NCBI GenBank assembly: GCA_965217895.1
Contig: CBDCJV010000002.1
Coordinates: 2,656,001-2,720,000, forward strand
From: Waterburya sp.
Lineage (GTDB): Bacteria > Cyanobacteriota > Cyanobacteriia > Cyanobacteriales > Xenococcaceae
Direction of reading: 5' to 3'
Length of the DNA stretch: 64,000 nucleotides
A program made the position numbers and the translations under genes. This document shows, in pieces, positions 27,783-37,525 of this stretch. Below the pieces are notes generated by a model, which was not told where the DNA came from, ran no database searches, and was given only the letters and a program-made list of their open reading frames with translations. Position 1 is the first letter of the stretch, and the number at the start of each line of letters is the position of its first letter.

Positions 27783-28520
27783 TTAACCATCTTCTTCCAC
27801 AGAAATTAATGCCGCTCTCTCAGTTGCAAAACTATTTTTTACAGGTATTTCTTGGTGTGCATCAGGAGTAGACGTGGAAGTTTTTGGGGCTGGAGTTTCA
27901 GGACTAACAATTCCACCCGATATAAGCACTTTAAAAGCGTCTTCAATCGAGATGTCAATATCGATCGCTTCCTTTTTGGGAACTATGGCATACCATCCCG
28001 AAGTTGGATTGGGGGTAGTAGGAATAAAGACGCTAATCATCTCCTCTACTAAATGAGTTTGCAGGGCAGAACTAACTTTTCCTGTGACAAAGCCAATTGT
28101 CCAGACTCCTTTGCGGGGATATTCCACCATCACTACTCGTCTAAATTTAGTTTTAGAATCTCCTAAAAGCGTTTCTAAAATCTGCTTAAGAGTTTTATAT
28201 ACTGAACCTGCTAAGGGGATAGCCTGAAGAAACTGTTCGCCAAAATCTAGTAGCCAGCGACCTACTATATTTCTTGCCATCAAGCCAATAATGAGAATAG
28301 TCAGCAATGGCACTGCCAAGCCGACAATAAAATTGAGAAAATTGGTCAAAATAGGGTCTAATCCATCAAAGGGATTGATCTGTTTGGGTATACGGGTAAA
28401 CAGGTCGATCGCCCATTTTGCCAAAGAAACAGACAGCCAGATAGTTGTAGCTAAAGGAATTACTACTAATAATCCAGCAATTAAATCGCTTTTTAGATCT
28501 TGCTTTAAACGTTGCAGCAC
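27783..28520 (-). CDS. DUF502 membrane protein
   Basis: IAGLLVVIPLATT, VEYPRKG, VFIPTTPNPTSGW. Confidence 0.9.
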   Translation of the reverse strand: MLQRLKQDLKSDLIAGLLVVIPLATTIWLSVSLAKWAIDLFTRIPKQINPFDGLDPILTNFLNFIVGLAVPLLTILIIGLMARNIVGRWLLDFGEQFLQAIPLAGSVYKTLKQILETLLGDSKTKFRRVVMVEYPRKGVWTIGFVTGKVSSALQTHLVEEMISVFIPTTPNPTSGWYAIVPKKEAIDIDISIEDAFKVLISGGIVSPETPAPKTSTSTPDAHQEIPVKNSFATERAALISVEEDG

Positions 28521-28671
28521 AGAGCAATTACTCTCCTTACAACTAATTTGTAATAAATTTAACGTCTACTATAAGTTTTAAAGCTTATAAATAATTGTTG
28601 CAAGTACTGACCACCGTACCAGCCACTTATAGCCTCAAAATCTAAATAGGCTAAATCCAGGACTAAACAAA

Positions 28672-29379
28672 CTAAGACTTAGTACGCGATCGCGCTAATT
28701 TTTGTAGTTTTAGCATCGTGATACAAAAGGTTAGCCACAAAAAGCCAATACCATAGCCACCGATAATGTCAGTTGGCCAATGCACTCCTAAATATAGTCT
28801 GCTTAAGCCAATCATACCAATAAGAAATATCGCTACCGTATAAATTAACAAAGTAAATTGCGGGTAGCGGGTTGCCAAAAGATAAGCCAGAAATCCATAC
28901 AAAACCGTTGAGCCTAGAGCATGACCACTAGGATAACTAAATGAGGTTTCTTCAATGGCAGACTGCCAAAGAGCGGGTCTAACTTTGCCAAATACCGATT
29001 TAAGACCGTAACTAAGAATCACACCGCCTAAACAGTCGATCGCAAATATTTTGGCTTCTGGATAATATTGTCGCCACCAAAGCAATGCTAGAGTAAAAAT
29101 AGCGATCGCCGTAACCGTATTAGGATTGTTTAAGCGGGTGAAAACGTGCATGATCGCATCCAGAGTCGGATTAGAAAAGGAGTGAATCCAGAGCAGAATG
29201 ATCTTGTCAAAAACAAAGGCTTCTCGATCTAATACTTCATCGGAGATCTGAGCCACAACATAGATAATGATTAAACAGCTAAGTATCCCTACAGTGCCGA
29301 TCGCGGCAATTAGAGAGGTTAGCCGCTGATGAAAGTTACGCTGCCAAAATTTAACTAGTTTTTGTAGAAGAGTTTGCAT
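28672..29379 (-). CDS. PAP2 family phosphatase
   Basis: KSVFGKVRP, SYPSGHA, SRLYLGVHWPTD. Confidence 0.92.
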   Translation of the reverse strand: MQTLLQKLVKFWQRNFHQRLTSLIAAIGTVGILSCLIIIYVVAQISDEVLDREAFVFDKIILLWIHSFSNPTLDAIMHVFTRLNNPNTVTAIAIFTLALLWWRQYYPEAKIFAIDCLGGVILSYGLKSVFGKVRPALWQSAIEETSFSYPSGHALGSTVLYGFLAYLLATRYPQFTLLIYTVAIFLIGMIGLSRLYLGVHWPTDIIGGYGIGFLWLTFCITMLKLQKLARSRTKS

Positions 29380-29538
29380 AGTAAAACATGGTCAAACATT
29401 TATTGGTATATTACTGGTTGATGTTTGACTGATTTTAATCAATTTAATATCTATAATTATTCTGAGGTAGGTATAGCATAACAGCCATAGAAGCATATTA
29501 TTTGATTTTCAGATTACTAATGAGGAGAAACTAAACTA

Positions 29539-30402
29539 TTGAAACGTCGCCAAATACTATATTGGGGAATAGCAAGCGGAATGGGATTAGCTTTAGGAGG
29601 TCATCATCTGATTTCTAAAGCTACTGCTTCTCCAGAATCTTCTTCCTCGTTTCGCTTTGTCGCTTTAGCAGATGTGGGAACAGGAAATATCGGACAATTG
29701 GCGATCGCCGATGTAATGAACGACTATTTTAGACAGAATCCTTTTAAGCTGGTTTTGATGGCTGGAGACAATATTTATGAGGATGGCGCAATTGAGAGGG
29801 TTGGAGCGACGTTTGGCAGACCTTATCGTTTCTTAAGAAAACAAAAAGTTCCATTTTATGCCGTTTTAGGTAATCACGACATAAGAACTAACAACGGTGT
29901 CGATCAGGTCAACTACTCAGCATTTAATATGCAGGGACGACGATATTACACTTTTACCCAGGGTATTGTGCAGTATTTCGCCCTTGATACCAACAGTAAT
30001 GCCAACTGGTCAAAACAGCTCAATTGGTTAGCCAAGAACTTAGCCAAATCTAACGCCACTTGGAAAATTGTTTATGGACATCATCCTTTATATTCCTCTG
30101 GAGTTCATGGCAGTAGTTCTGAATTAATTGCCAAGCTATCGCCTTTGTTTGCTCGCTACGGAGTTCATCTATACATTAACGGTCACGATCATGACTATGA
30201 GCGCACCAAACCAATTGGGGGAACAACTTATCTTACCTGTGGTGCGGGGGCAAAAACCCGTCCAGTAGGGAGTTCTGACTGGACTGCCAACTCAGCAGCC
30301 AGATTGAGCTTCGCTACTATTGATGTTTATCCAGAACGCTTAGAAATTCAGGGCGTTGGTAAGGATGGAAAAGTTTTTGATCGCGGGGAAATAACTGTTT
30401 AG
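29539..30402 (+). CDS. calcineurin-like metallophosphoesterase, Tat-like signal
   Basis: KRRQIL; DVG, GDNIY, GNHD, GHHP, GHDHDY. Confidence 0.9.
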   Translation: MKRRQILYWGIASGMGLALGGHHLISKATASPESSSSFRFVALADVGTGNIGQLAIADVMNDYFRQNPFKLVLMAGDNIYEDGAIERVGATFGRPYRFLRKQKVPFYAVLGNHDIRTNNGVDQVNYSAFNMQGRRYYTFTQGIVQYFALDTNSNANWSKQLNWLAKNLAKSNATWKIVYGHHPLYSSGVHGSSSELIAKLSPLFARYGVHLYINGHDHDYERTKPIGGTTYLTCGAGAKTRPVGSSDWTANSAARLSFATIDVYPERLEIQGVGKDGKVFDRGEITV

Positions 30403-30414
30403 TTAAAAATAAAC

Positions 30415-30599
30415 GGCGTTGCTGATTCAAGTAATGACGTACAGAATATTACTGTTCGTAGCTTTTAGCTCTCAGCTTTTAGCTATTAGCTTTTAAGTAT
30501 TCTTCATGTTCTAACAAGGTGATTAGAGATTTCCTCGCCATCTCTCACCTTCAAATTAGGAAATAAAAAACCTGTACAGCATTACAATTCAGCAACGCC
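30415..30599. mobile_element. MITE-like element with GGCGTTGCTGA ends
   Basis: Left GGCGTTGCTGATTCAAGTAATGACGTACAG; right end reverse complement GGCGTTGCTGAATTGTAATGCTGTACAG; internal TAGCTTT repeats. Confidence 0.65.
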
Positions 30600-30708
30600 A
30601 GCAGCCTTACCCAAAAAATATCTGATATTATCCCCTTTTGTTTACTGAAGAAGAACTGCACAATAATCATCACAAAGTTTGAGCCGTTCGATAAGGAGTA
30701 TTTAGCTA

Positions 30709-30954
30709 ATGAAATTACGCTTTTTGGGTCAAACCTATTCTCAATTTCCACAGCAGATTTCAACTATCCCTTCTGAAAATATAGCTTGCTATGGAAGACA
30801 ACAATATAACCTCCGCGTGCCTGTATTAATCTCTCGTCCGCGATCGCCAGATTCCCAAATGAGCGTATTTATTTACAAGTATTGCGGAGTTAGTTATGTA
30901 GTCGAGCGTCATCATTTCCCGACAAAGCCAAACAGAACAATAGCTTATCGTTGA
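30709..30954 (+). CDS. DUF4278-like small protein
   Basis: MKLRFLGQTY, YGRQQY, YKYCGVSY repeats; AAGGAG RBS. Confidence 0.7.
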   Translation: MKLRFLGQTYSQFPQQISTIPSENIACYGRQQYNLRVPVLISRPRSPDSQMSVFIYKYCGVSYVVERHHFPTKPNRTIAYR

Positions 30955-30987
30955 TAACTATACAGACTTTAATAAATTTCTAATATC

Positions 30988-31034
30988 AAACCGCGTCTAC
31001 ATAGAAAACAGTACACTCAAACTGGACGCGGTTT
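30988..31034. mobile_element. 47-bp minimal copy of the 26391-26658 MITE family
   Basis: AAACCGCGTCTACATAGAAAA-cagtacac-TCAAACTGGACGCGGTTT. Confidence 0.65.
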
Positions 31035-31149
31035 GTTTAGTAATTAAGGCGATCGCTATGGCAACTATAATTCCAGAGACTAAATTTTGCCCAAGCAAAT
31101 TCTTTACCCATCTATTTTATACTAACCACGTGGTTCAATATAATCGATC

Positions 31150-32127
31150 ATGATTATTCAAGCTTTCTGGAAAGCCATTCAAGTAAAAGACTCTCAGTCA
31201 CCTTACGATACGATACACCTAAAGGTGTTTTATCCTGGTGATGATTCTGATACTCAAAATCCATTTTCTAATACTCCTGCTGCGCGAGATTTAGCTCCTT
31301 TTCCAGTAGTCATCTTTTTTAGTGGTTTTAACTGTAGTTTGGCTACGTATCAATGGTTAGCGATGAAGCTGGCTGCTCGCGGATTAGTAGTCGTTTTGTT
31401 TGATTGGTTGGTAAAAACAGCAGATCGAGATCCTCTGCTCTCTCCTGGTGTCAACTTGGCGGCGTTTTCGACTGAAACCTATGGTACTGTTCCTTCTGCC
31501 TCTGCTTTACCTCTACTTTTGGATGAATTAGGTAATTTACAATCGGTTGGCGTATTGGCAGGTTTACTCGATTTGCAAAAGATTGTTCTAGGCGGACATT
31601 CTGCTGGTGGGAGGCTAGCTTTAGAAAATGCCGAACCGAAGTTTTTTGAGCGGGTTGCTGGTGCTTTTAGCTATGGTGCGCATTCTGCTGCTCCTATGCC
31701 ACTAGGATATAATCCTGGTACTGTTTTACCTTTACCTGACTTGCTACCCATGCTTTTAATCGGCGGTACTGAAGATGGAGTAATTGCCAGCAATAGTCAG
31801 ATTTATGGGATTGAGCAATGGTCAACTCCCGCTACTCCTATTATACGTACATTTAGAGAGGCAATTAATCAAAAGCGAGGCGATAGTTATTTAATTATAA
31901 TTGAAGGTGCAAACCACTTTGCGATCGCCGATTATGCCGACCCTACTCTTAGTGTAACTGCCAGCGATTTTCTGCCCACCCAATCTGAACCTGAAATTCG
32001 CTGCCTAATAGCTTCTATGATTGGTTTATTTATCGATACATTTATTCTTCATCAACTAGAAGGATCGCAATTTGAGCAACTGCTACAAACTCATAATTCT
32101 TTGATTGCTTTAGCTGAGCTTAAATAA
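31150..32127 (+). CDS. alpha/beta hydrolase (chlorophyllase/dienelactone hydrolase-like)
   Basis: PFPVVIF, GHSAGG nucleophile elbow, GGTEDG, EGANHF. Confidence 0.85.
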   Translation: MIIQAFWKAIQVKDSQSPYDTIHLKVFYPGDDSDTQNPFSNTPAARDLAPFPVVIFFSGFNCSLATYQWLAMKLAARGLVVVLFDWLVKTADRDPLLSPGVNLAAFSTETYGTVPSASALPLLLDELGNLQSVGVLAGLLDLQKIVLGGHSAGGRLALENAEPKFFERVAGAFSYGAHSAAPMPLGYNPGTVLPLPDLLPMLLIGGTEDGVIASNSQIYGIEQWSTPATPIIRTFREAINQKRGDSYLIIIEGANHFAIADYADPTLSVTASDFLPTQSEPEIRCLIASMIGLFIDTFILHQLEGSQFEQLLQTHNSLIALAELK

Positions 32128-32199
32128 GCTGATACTCTAAATTCCTCAACACCTGCTTTCAAATTGTTCATCAAATTATCCAAAACAATTAGGACTCGC

Positions 32200-32385
32200 T
32201 ACTATCGATTACTCTGGATTTTCCAAGCGATAGCCGAAGCCTGTGTAGACCTGGATGTTCAGTTAATTGTTGCTTTAGGCGGTGGAACTAGTCCAGAATC
32301 TCTGCCAGAATTACCTGGAGTTGATGAAGCAAGGAGGAGGAGTAAGTAAAGCTGCCGATATTATCGAACGGGTAGTTGCTTGTTG
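32200..32385 (+). pseudogene. internally deleted MGT-type glycosyltransferase remnant
   Basis: RLLWIFQAIAEACVDLDVQLIVALGGGTSPESLPELPG followed in another frame by GGVSKAADIIERVV, the typical C-terminal end. Confidence 0.6.
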
Positions 32386-32443
32386 AAAAATAGAGCAAGC
32401 AAATCTTAGCAATAAATTGCCATTTAGCTGAGGAGTCGGTCAT

Positions 32444-33520
32444 TTAATGTAGAACCAAATCATTCATTTCCGTTTCATCATCCAAATTTGTAGCTCTATT
32501 AGTTGTATGGCTAGAAGCTACAGCCTCCCATGTCCAGCCGTCATTTTTAATTAAAGCTAAAAGTAACTTCCGTCGGTGATTAATATGGCTGGTAGCTTCA
32601 ATAAAAGTGCGATCGCTTATTGTAGGAATGCCATGAACTCGAAGTAATTCTAGAGGAGTTAAAGCAGGTTCTTGGTCACTAGGTTCAAGATATGCCGACT
32701 TTAAGGTTTTAAGAAAAGCTGCACTAGCGCGACGAGCAGGTTTCAAGGCTGCGGGGTCGGGTTTACAATTGGCTGGTAGGGCATATTGCAAGAGGGTCAT
32801 CGCCTCATCAAAAGCTGTAATGCTCAAGGGAAGACAGCGCGATCGCTCGCTGGTGTGGAAATAATACAAAATTGGGTAGGTTAGATGTTTTTCCCCTACA
32901 TCGGTAATCATGGACGTAAGAGAAATTAAATGTTGATCTAAGTTTCCAAAATCACTACCATTCCAGGCTCTAGTAAGTATTTCATCTGCCGTACCTCCTA
33001 AAGTAGAAATGTAGACTGCTAAAGTTCTTTGCTCAGTCAAAGCCGAAACCACAGGAAAGAAATAGGCGATCGCCAAGGTTACTAAGAAAAATCCGTTAGC
33101 TGCTGCTAAGCCTGTAAAAAGATGCCAGATTAAACCCCCAGCTAGGTAATCACCTCGACCCAAAGTAGTAATGGTATAGATCGTAAAATAAATTCTACCC
33201 CAAGTACTTGCTGGATCTTTATTTGAGGAATTGAGTACAGCATTGTCAAAAGAACAAAAAATTAGCGACCAAGATATCCAGGTCAAGAAGAACCAGGAAA
33301 CAGCCATACCAACAATGATCAGTAGTCCAACCCCTGCTAGTAACTTGTGATTTTGTTTAGCTTTGTGCAGCCTGATTGCCCAATGCCATACCCAAGAAGA
33401 GAAACGATTAGTCAAAAAACCACCACCCTTTAAAGTAAGGGTGGTTAATAATACATCTGAGGATGTAATTGCTAATAAAGCAAAACCCAAAATTAACAGC
33501 AAAACCGACATGATGTTCAA
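32444..33520 (-). CDS. potassium channel family (2-TM pore) membrane protein
   Basis: TM segments, pore-like IYFTIYTITTLGRGD, HLTYPILYYFH. Confidence 0.75.
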   Translation of the reverse strand: MNIMSVLLLILGFALLAITSSDVLLTTLTLKGGGFLTNRFSSWVWHWAIRLHKAKQNHKLLAGVGLLIIVGMAVSWFFLTWISWSLIFCSFDNAVLNSSNKDPASTWGRIYFTIYTITTLGRGDYLAGGLIWHLFTGLAAANGFFLVTLAIAYFFPVVSALTEQRTLAVYISTLGGTADEILTRAWNGSDFGNLDQHLISLTSMITDVGEKHLTYPILYYFHTSERSRCLPLSITAFDEAMTLLQYALPANCKPDPAALKPARRASAAFLKTLKSAYLEPSDQEPALTPLELLRVHGIPTISDRTFIEATSHINHRRKLLLALIKNDGWTWEAVASSHTTNRATNLDDETEMNDLVLH

Positions 33521-33600
33521 ACGATAAGGAATAAATTATGAGGTCGAAGGAAAGAAGAAAGAAAACACCTCATTCTTTGTCCCTCATCCTTCATCCTTTT

Positions 33601-35082
33601 TTACACTGTTGCTGGTTTTGGTTCTGGTTTTGGTGGTTCAGAGTTTGCCATTTCCTCTTGAACCTTGTCCGCTAGTACGGGATAAACGTTGCGGAATAGC
33701 TGCATCTGATCTCTAATGACCTCTTGGCTACATTTGCCTAAACTGCCAGCGATATTATGATACAGACGCTTTTTCTCATCATCGTTGAGCATATCATAAT
33801 ACATCCGCGCCTGATCGTAATGATCTTCTTCGTCTAACTCGATTCGCGCTGCCATACCAGAGACGTGATAAGCTGGGTCTTCTGCACGCTTGTCTGGTTG
33901 AGGATAACCTTCGTGGGAAGGATTGTAGTTAATCCGCGAACCATTATTATCGTCATGTCGCATTAAACCATCGCGATAGGGGGTATTAGCTTTAGTTGCA
34001 TGGGGTTTGTTAACAGGGAGACTGTCATAGTTTACGCTCAAGCGATGACGGTGAGCATCAGCATAGGACATAATTCTCGCCTGTAGCATTCTATCTGGCG
34101 ACCAAGATATTCCTGGAACGACATTACCAGGTGAAAACGCAGCCTGTTCTACTTCGGCGAAATAGTTTTCTGGATTGCGATTTAACTCAAATGTACCAAC
34201 ATCAATTAGAGGAAAATCACCATGAGGCCATATTTTAGTTAGGTCAAAAGGATTCCACTGGAAGTTTTGCGCTTGTTTGTCGGTCATTAATTGAATTTTC
34301 ATTTTCCAAGAAGGATACTTCCCTTCTTCAATGGCATTATATAAGTCCTTAGTTGCCCAACGAGGTTCTACACCCTGCATATTGCGCCACTGTTCGTCAG
34401 TAAAGAACTTATTGCCTTGGTCGGTAATAAAGTGGAATTTAACCCAGATGCGCTCGTTTTCTTCGTTGATAAAGCTGAAAGTATGGCTACCATAACCGTT
34501 CATGTGTCGCCAGCCTATGGGCGCACCGCGATCGCCCATTAGCCAAAGAACCTGATGTATACTTTCAGGAGTTAGTGACCAAAAATCCCACCACATCTGA
34601 TCGTGTCGCCAATGTTCTTGGGGATGTTCTTTTTGCGAACGGATAAAGTCCATAAATTTCATGGGGTCACGCACAAAGAAAATGGGTGTGTTGTTACCTA
34701 CCATGTCCCAGTTGCCATCTTCAGTGTAGAACTTAAGGGCAAAACCTCTCAAGTCACGATAAATATCCGAACCGCCTTTCGATTTGGCTACGGTAGAAAA
34801 ACGAGCAAATAGCTCGGTTTGCTTACCAACTTCGGAAAACATTTTGGCTTTGGTATATTTGGTAATATCTTCGGTGACGGTAAAAGTACCATAAGCACCA
34901 GCACCAAGAGCATGAACTACTCGCTCAGGAATACGCTCACGGTTAAAGTGCGCCATTTTCTCTAGAAGGGTATAGTCTTCTAGTAGTAAAGGTCCTTGTT
35001 TACCCACAGACTTCGATACTGTGTTGCTGGCTACGGGAATACCCGCAGCGTTGGTCAATGTTTCTTGATTGTTATCTACCAC
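33601..35082 (-). CDS. monofunctional heme catalase, small subunit
   Basis: FNRERIPERVVHA, RGFALKFYT, DMVGNNTPIFF, RIMSYADAHRHRL; AAAGGAG RBS before GTG. Confidence 0.95.
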   Translation of the reverse strand: MVDNNQETLTNAAGIPVASNTVSKSVGKQGPLLLEDYTLLEKMAHFNRERIPERVVHALGAGAYGTFTVTEDITKYTKAKMFSEVGKQTELFARFSTVAKSKGGSDIYRDLRGFALKFYTEDGNWDMVGNNTPIFFVRDPMKFMDFIRSQKEHPQEHWRHDQMWWDFWSLTPESIHQVLWLMGDRGAPIGWRHMNGYGSHTFSFINEENERIWVKFHFITDQGNKFFTDEQWRNMQGVEPRWATKDLYNAIEEGKYPSWKMKIQLMTDKQAQNFQWNPFDLTKIWPHGDFPLIDVGTFELNRNPENYFAEVEQAAFSPGNVVPGISWSPDRMLQARIMSYADAHRHRLSVNYDSLPVNKPHATKANTPYRDGLMRHDDNNGSRINYNPSHEGYPQPDKRAEDPAYHVSGMAARIELDEEDHYDQARMYYDMLNDDEKKRLYHNIAGSLGKCSQEVIRDQMQLFRNVYPVLADKVQEEMANSEPPKPEPKPATV

Positions 35083-35176
35083 AATAAATTTTTATCTCCT
35101 TTAAATACTTAACTTAAGGCGATCGCTTTGCTTACTGTTCTATCTAGATGCTAATTGAGTAACTGAAGTGAAAGCG

Positions 35177-35192
35177 TCTAACTCTAGACAGA
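35177..35192. promoter_or_regulatory. TCT-N2-CT-N2-AG-N2-AGA palindrome upstream of catalase
   Basis: TCTAACTCTAGACAGA (10/10); minus-strand TAGCAT at 35148-35153, 23 nt away. Confidence 0.45.
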
Positions 35193-35424
35193 TAAAGACT
35201 TTTGATTCGACCTCGGATTTTTGTCTAAGTATATTCTCAACATTAATAATGTAAATTAAAGGAGTTTTTGACAGAGATTAAACCTTTCGTTTTCTAATTT
35301 CTCTGACTTTTTGGCGATCGCAATTTAATCTAAGAATATTAGGGAAAATACTAAGTACGAAATCACAGTCATTGAAAGATGTATTTACTATGCTTTGATT
35401 AATCGACAATAGTTAGCATAGGAT

Positions 35425-36873
35425 ATGAATAACATTGCTCAATATTATGCGGTTCTAAGTATAGATTCTGCTGCATCTCCAGAAACAGTCAAAAAAGCTT
35501 ATCGTAACTTAGCAAAAGTTTGGCATCCAGATCGATATATTCACGATCCTAGACTAAAAGCTCAGGCTGAAATAGAAATCAAAAAAATCAATCAAGCTTA
35601 TACGGCAATTAAATCTTATTGGGAACTTAAGCATAATACTTTAGGGCAAATCGATGGTGATGCCCAGTCACAACTATCCATCAAGAAAAATACACCTGAT
35701 TTTTATTATTGTCAGGGAGTCGATTATGCTGCACAACAAAATTATAACGATGCTCTAATTAGCTTTGCTCAGGCGATTAAATTAGATACAAATCATATAG
35801 AAGCCTATCAGTATCGTGGCTTTATTCTATCTAAACTAGGTTATGAATATCGAGCAGCAACAGAATTTGAGAAAGCTAATCAGATTAAGGCAAATAATAA
35901 AACTAGACCATCTTCGTCTACTACTTCTAAACCTCAAACAAATGCTTCTCACCAAAAGAGCGTTGAAACTCAAGTTATGAAATGCCATAAGTCGATTTTA
36001 GCAGCGAATCGACCTATTACATCTGTAGTTATTAGTTCAGATAATCAGGTTTTTGCCAGTGTCAATGACGATCAAGAAATTAAACTCTGGGAAATAAATA
36101 CAGGTCAGAGAATTGCTACTTTTCGGGGTCATACTGATATTGTAAAGTCATTAGTTGTCGATAGCAGAGGTACAACTTTAATTAGCGGCAGTAAAGATAC
36201 AACAATTAGATTTTGGGATTTGAAGACGAAAAAAATAATTAAAACTTTTGATGGATATTTTAACGGTCATTCCGAGGCTGTACTAGCTTTAGCTTTGAGT
36301 CCAGATAATAAAAGTTTATTAAGCTATAGCGCCGATAATACCATTAAAACTTGGGATATAAGCCGCGCCAAGGTAAACCAAAGCATTTCCTTTTCTGCTG
36401 ATTTAACCTGTTTAGAGATTAGTCCAAACTGTCAATTATTTTGCACTGGTAGTTTAGAACCACAGTTAAGAATTAGACAGATTAAAAATGGGCAGGTAAT
36501 TCGTTCGATCAACAACAATTCTGGTGTTCTTTGTATGGCTTTTAGTCCTGATAGTAATGTTTTGGCTACAGGAGAAATTGATCGACTGATTAGGCTCTGG
36601 GACATTAATACAGGCAAAATAATTCATACTCTTGCTGGACATTCAGACCGATTATCCAGCCTAGCTTTTAGTCATAACGGGAAAACTTTAGTGAGTGGTG
36701 GATGGGATCGAACAATCAAAGTTTGGCAGCTAAAAACAGGCGAAGAAATTGGTAGTACTAAAGCTAACTCTAGCAAAATCCAGACTATGGCGATCGCATC
36801 TAATCATCAAACTTTAGTAAGTGGTGGAGATGATGGCAAAATTGAGATTTGGCGATGTTTTTTTAACAGTTAA
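35425..36873 (+). CDS. DnaJ-domain / TPR / WD40-repeat protein
   Basis: AYRNLAKVWHPD, TPR segment, multiple GH..WD repeats. Confidence 0.9.
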   Translation: MNNIAQYYAVLSIDSAASPETVKKAYRNLAKVWHPDRYIHDPRLKAQAEIEIKKINQAYTAIKSYWELKHNTLGQIDGDAQSQLSIKKNTPDFYYCQGVDYAAQQNYNDALISFAQAIKLDTNHIEAYQYRGFILSKLGYEYRAATEFEKANQIKANNKTRPSSSTTSKPQTNASHQKSVETQVMKCHKSILAANRPITSVVISSDNQVFASVNDDQEIKLWEINTGQRIATFRGHTDIVKSLVVDSRGTTLISGSKDTTIRFWDLKTKKIIKTFDGYFNGHSEAVLALALSPDNKSLLSYSADNTIKTWDISRAKVNQSISFSADLTCLEISPNCQLFCTGSLEPQLRIRQIKNGQVIRSINNNSGVLCMAFSPDSNVLATGEIDRLIRLWDINTGKIIHTLAGHSDRLSSLAFSHNGKTLVSGGWDRTIKVWQLKTGEEIGSTKANSSKIQTMAIASNHQTLVSGGDDGKIEIWRCFFNS

Positions 36874-36897
36874 ATTAATAACTGTTCACTAATTTAA

Positions 36898-37285
36898 TGG
36901 AGCCGAGCAGAGTCGAACTGCTGTCCAGACCAACTATTCACTTGCTCATTCATTCACAGGTTTAGCTCCTCTAACCCTTAGAGCGGGGATCATCAATTGT
37001 CCCTGATGGCAGGATTCTTTGATAAAGTCTTTTCCTATGGGTCTACCAAAGAAAACCGATAGGAGCATCCGTTGGGGTTTTGTCTCTAATCCTTAACGGA
37101 GTCAAACTAGAGACGAGCAAATCTAAAAGAGATTTTTAGATTTAGGCAGCTACTGCCTGACGCTCAAATTTTACGATGTTGTTTGCATCTATATTTATTT
37201 TGAGTCTGTATTTACGAGAGGATACTCACTCTCGACCTGAATCACGAGTCAGCTTTTGCTAACCTGTCGAAACCTTTACGGCCCC
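36898..37285 (-). ncRNA. ssrA: tmRNA
   Basis: 5' GGGGCCGTAAAGGTTTCGAC, 3' GTTCGACTCTGCTCGGCTCCA; tag ANNIVKFERQAVAA* at 37186-37142. Confidence 0.97.
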
Positions 37286-37525
37286 GTGTATGAATACCAA
37301 CTGATAATAATCTAGTTAGCTTCTTTTAGTATTGTAGCTAACTTTCTGTTATTTGGGCTACAAAAAGCTAGGCTCAAACGTTACAAAACATTGATTAGTG
37401 CCATTACCAATATTATTAAGATCGAGATTCGTTTTACACTAGTTAAAGTACTGACTGACATAATAAAAAGTATGAGTTAGTAAAGTTTTGCTGTTTTAGA
37501 TTGCCAACTTAGTATAAAAACTCTT

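Noticed and set aside
30600..30708. Glutamine riboswitch upstream of DUF4278-like gene
   Set aside because: Expected conserved segments not recognisable; an Rfam scan would settle it.
36874..36900. Genomic island integrated at ssrA
   Set aside because: No integrase nearby and no duplicate of the ssrA 3' end noticed in the window.
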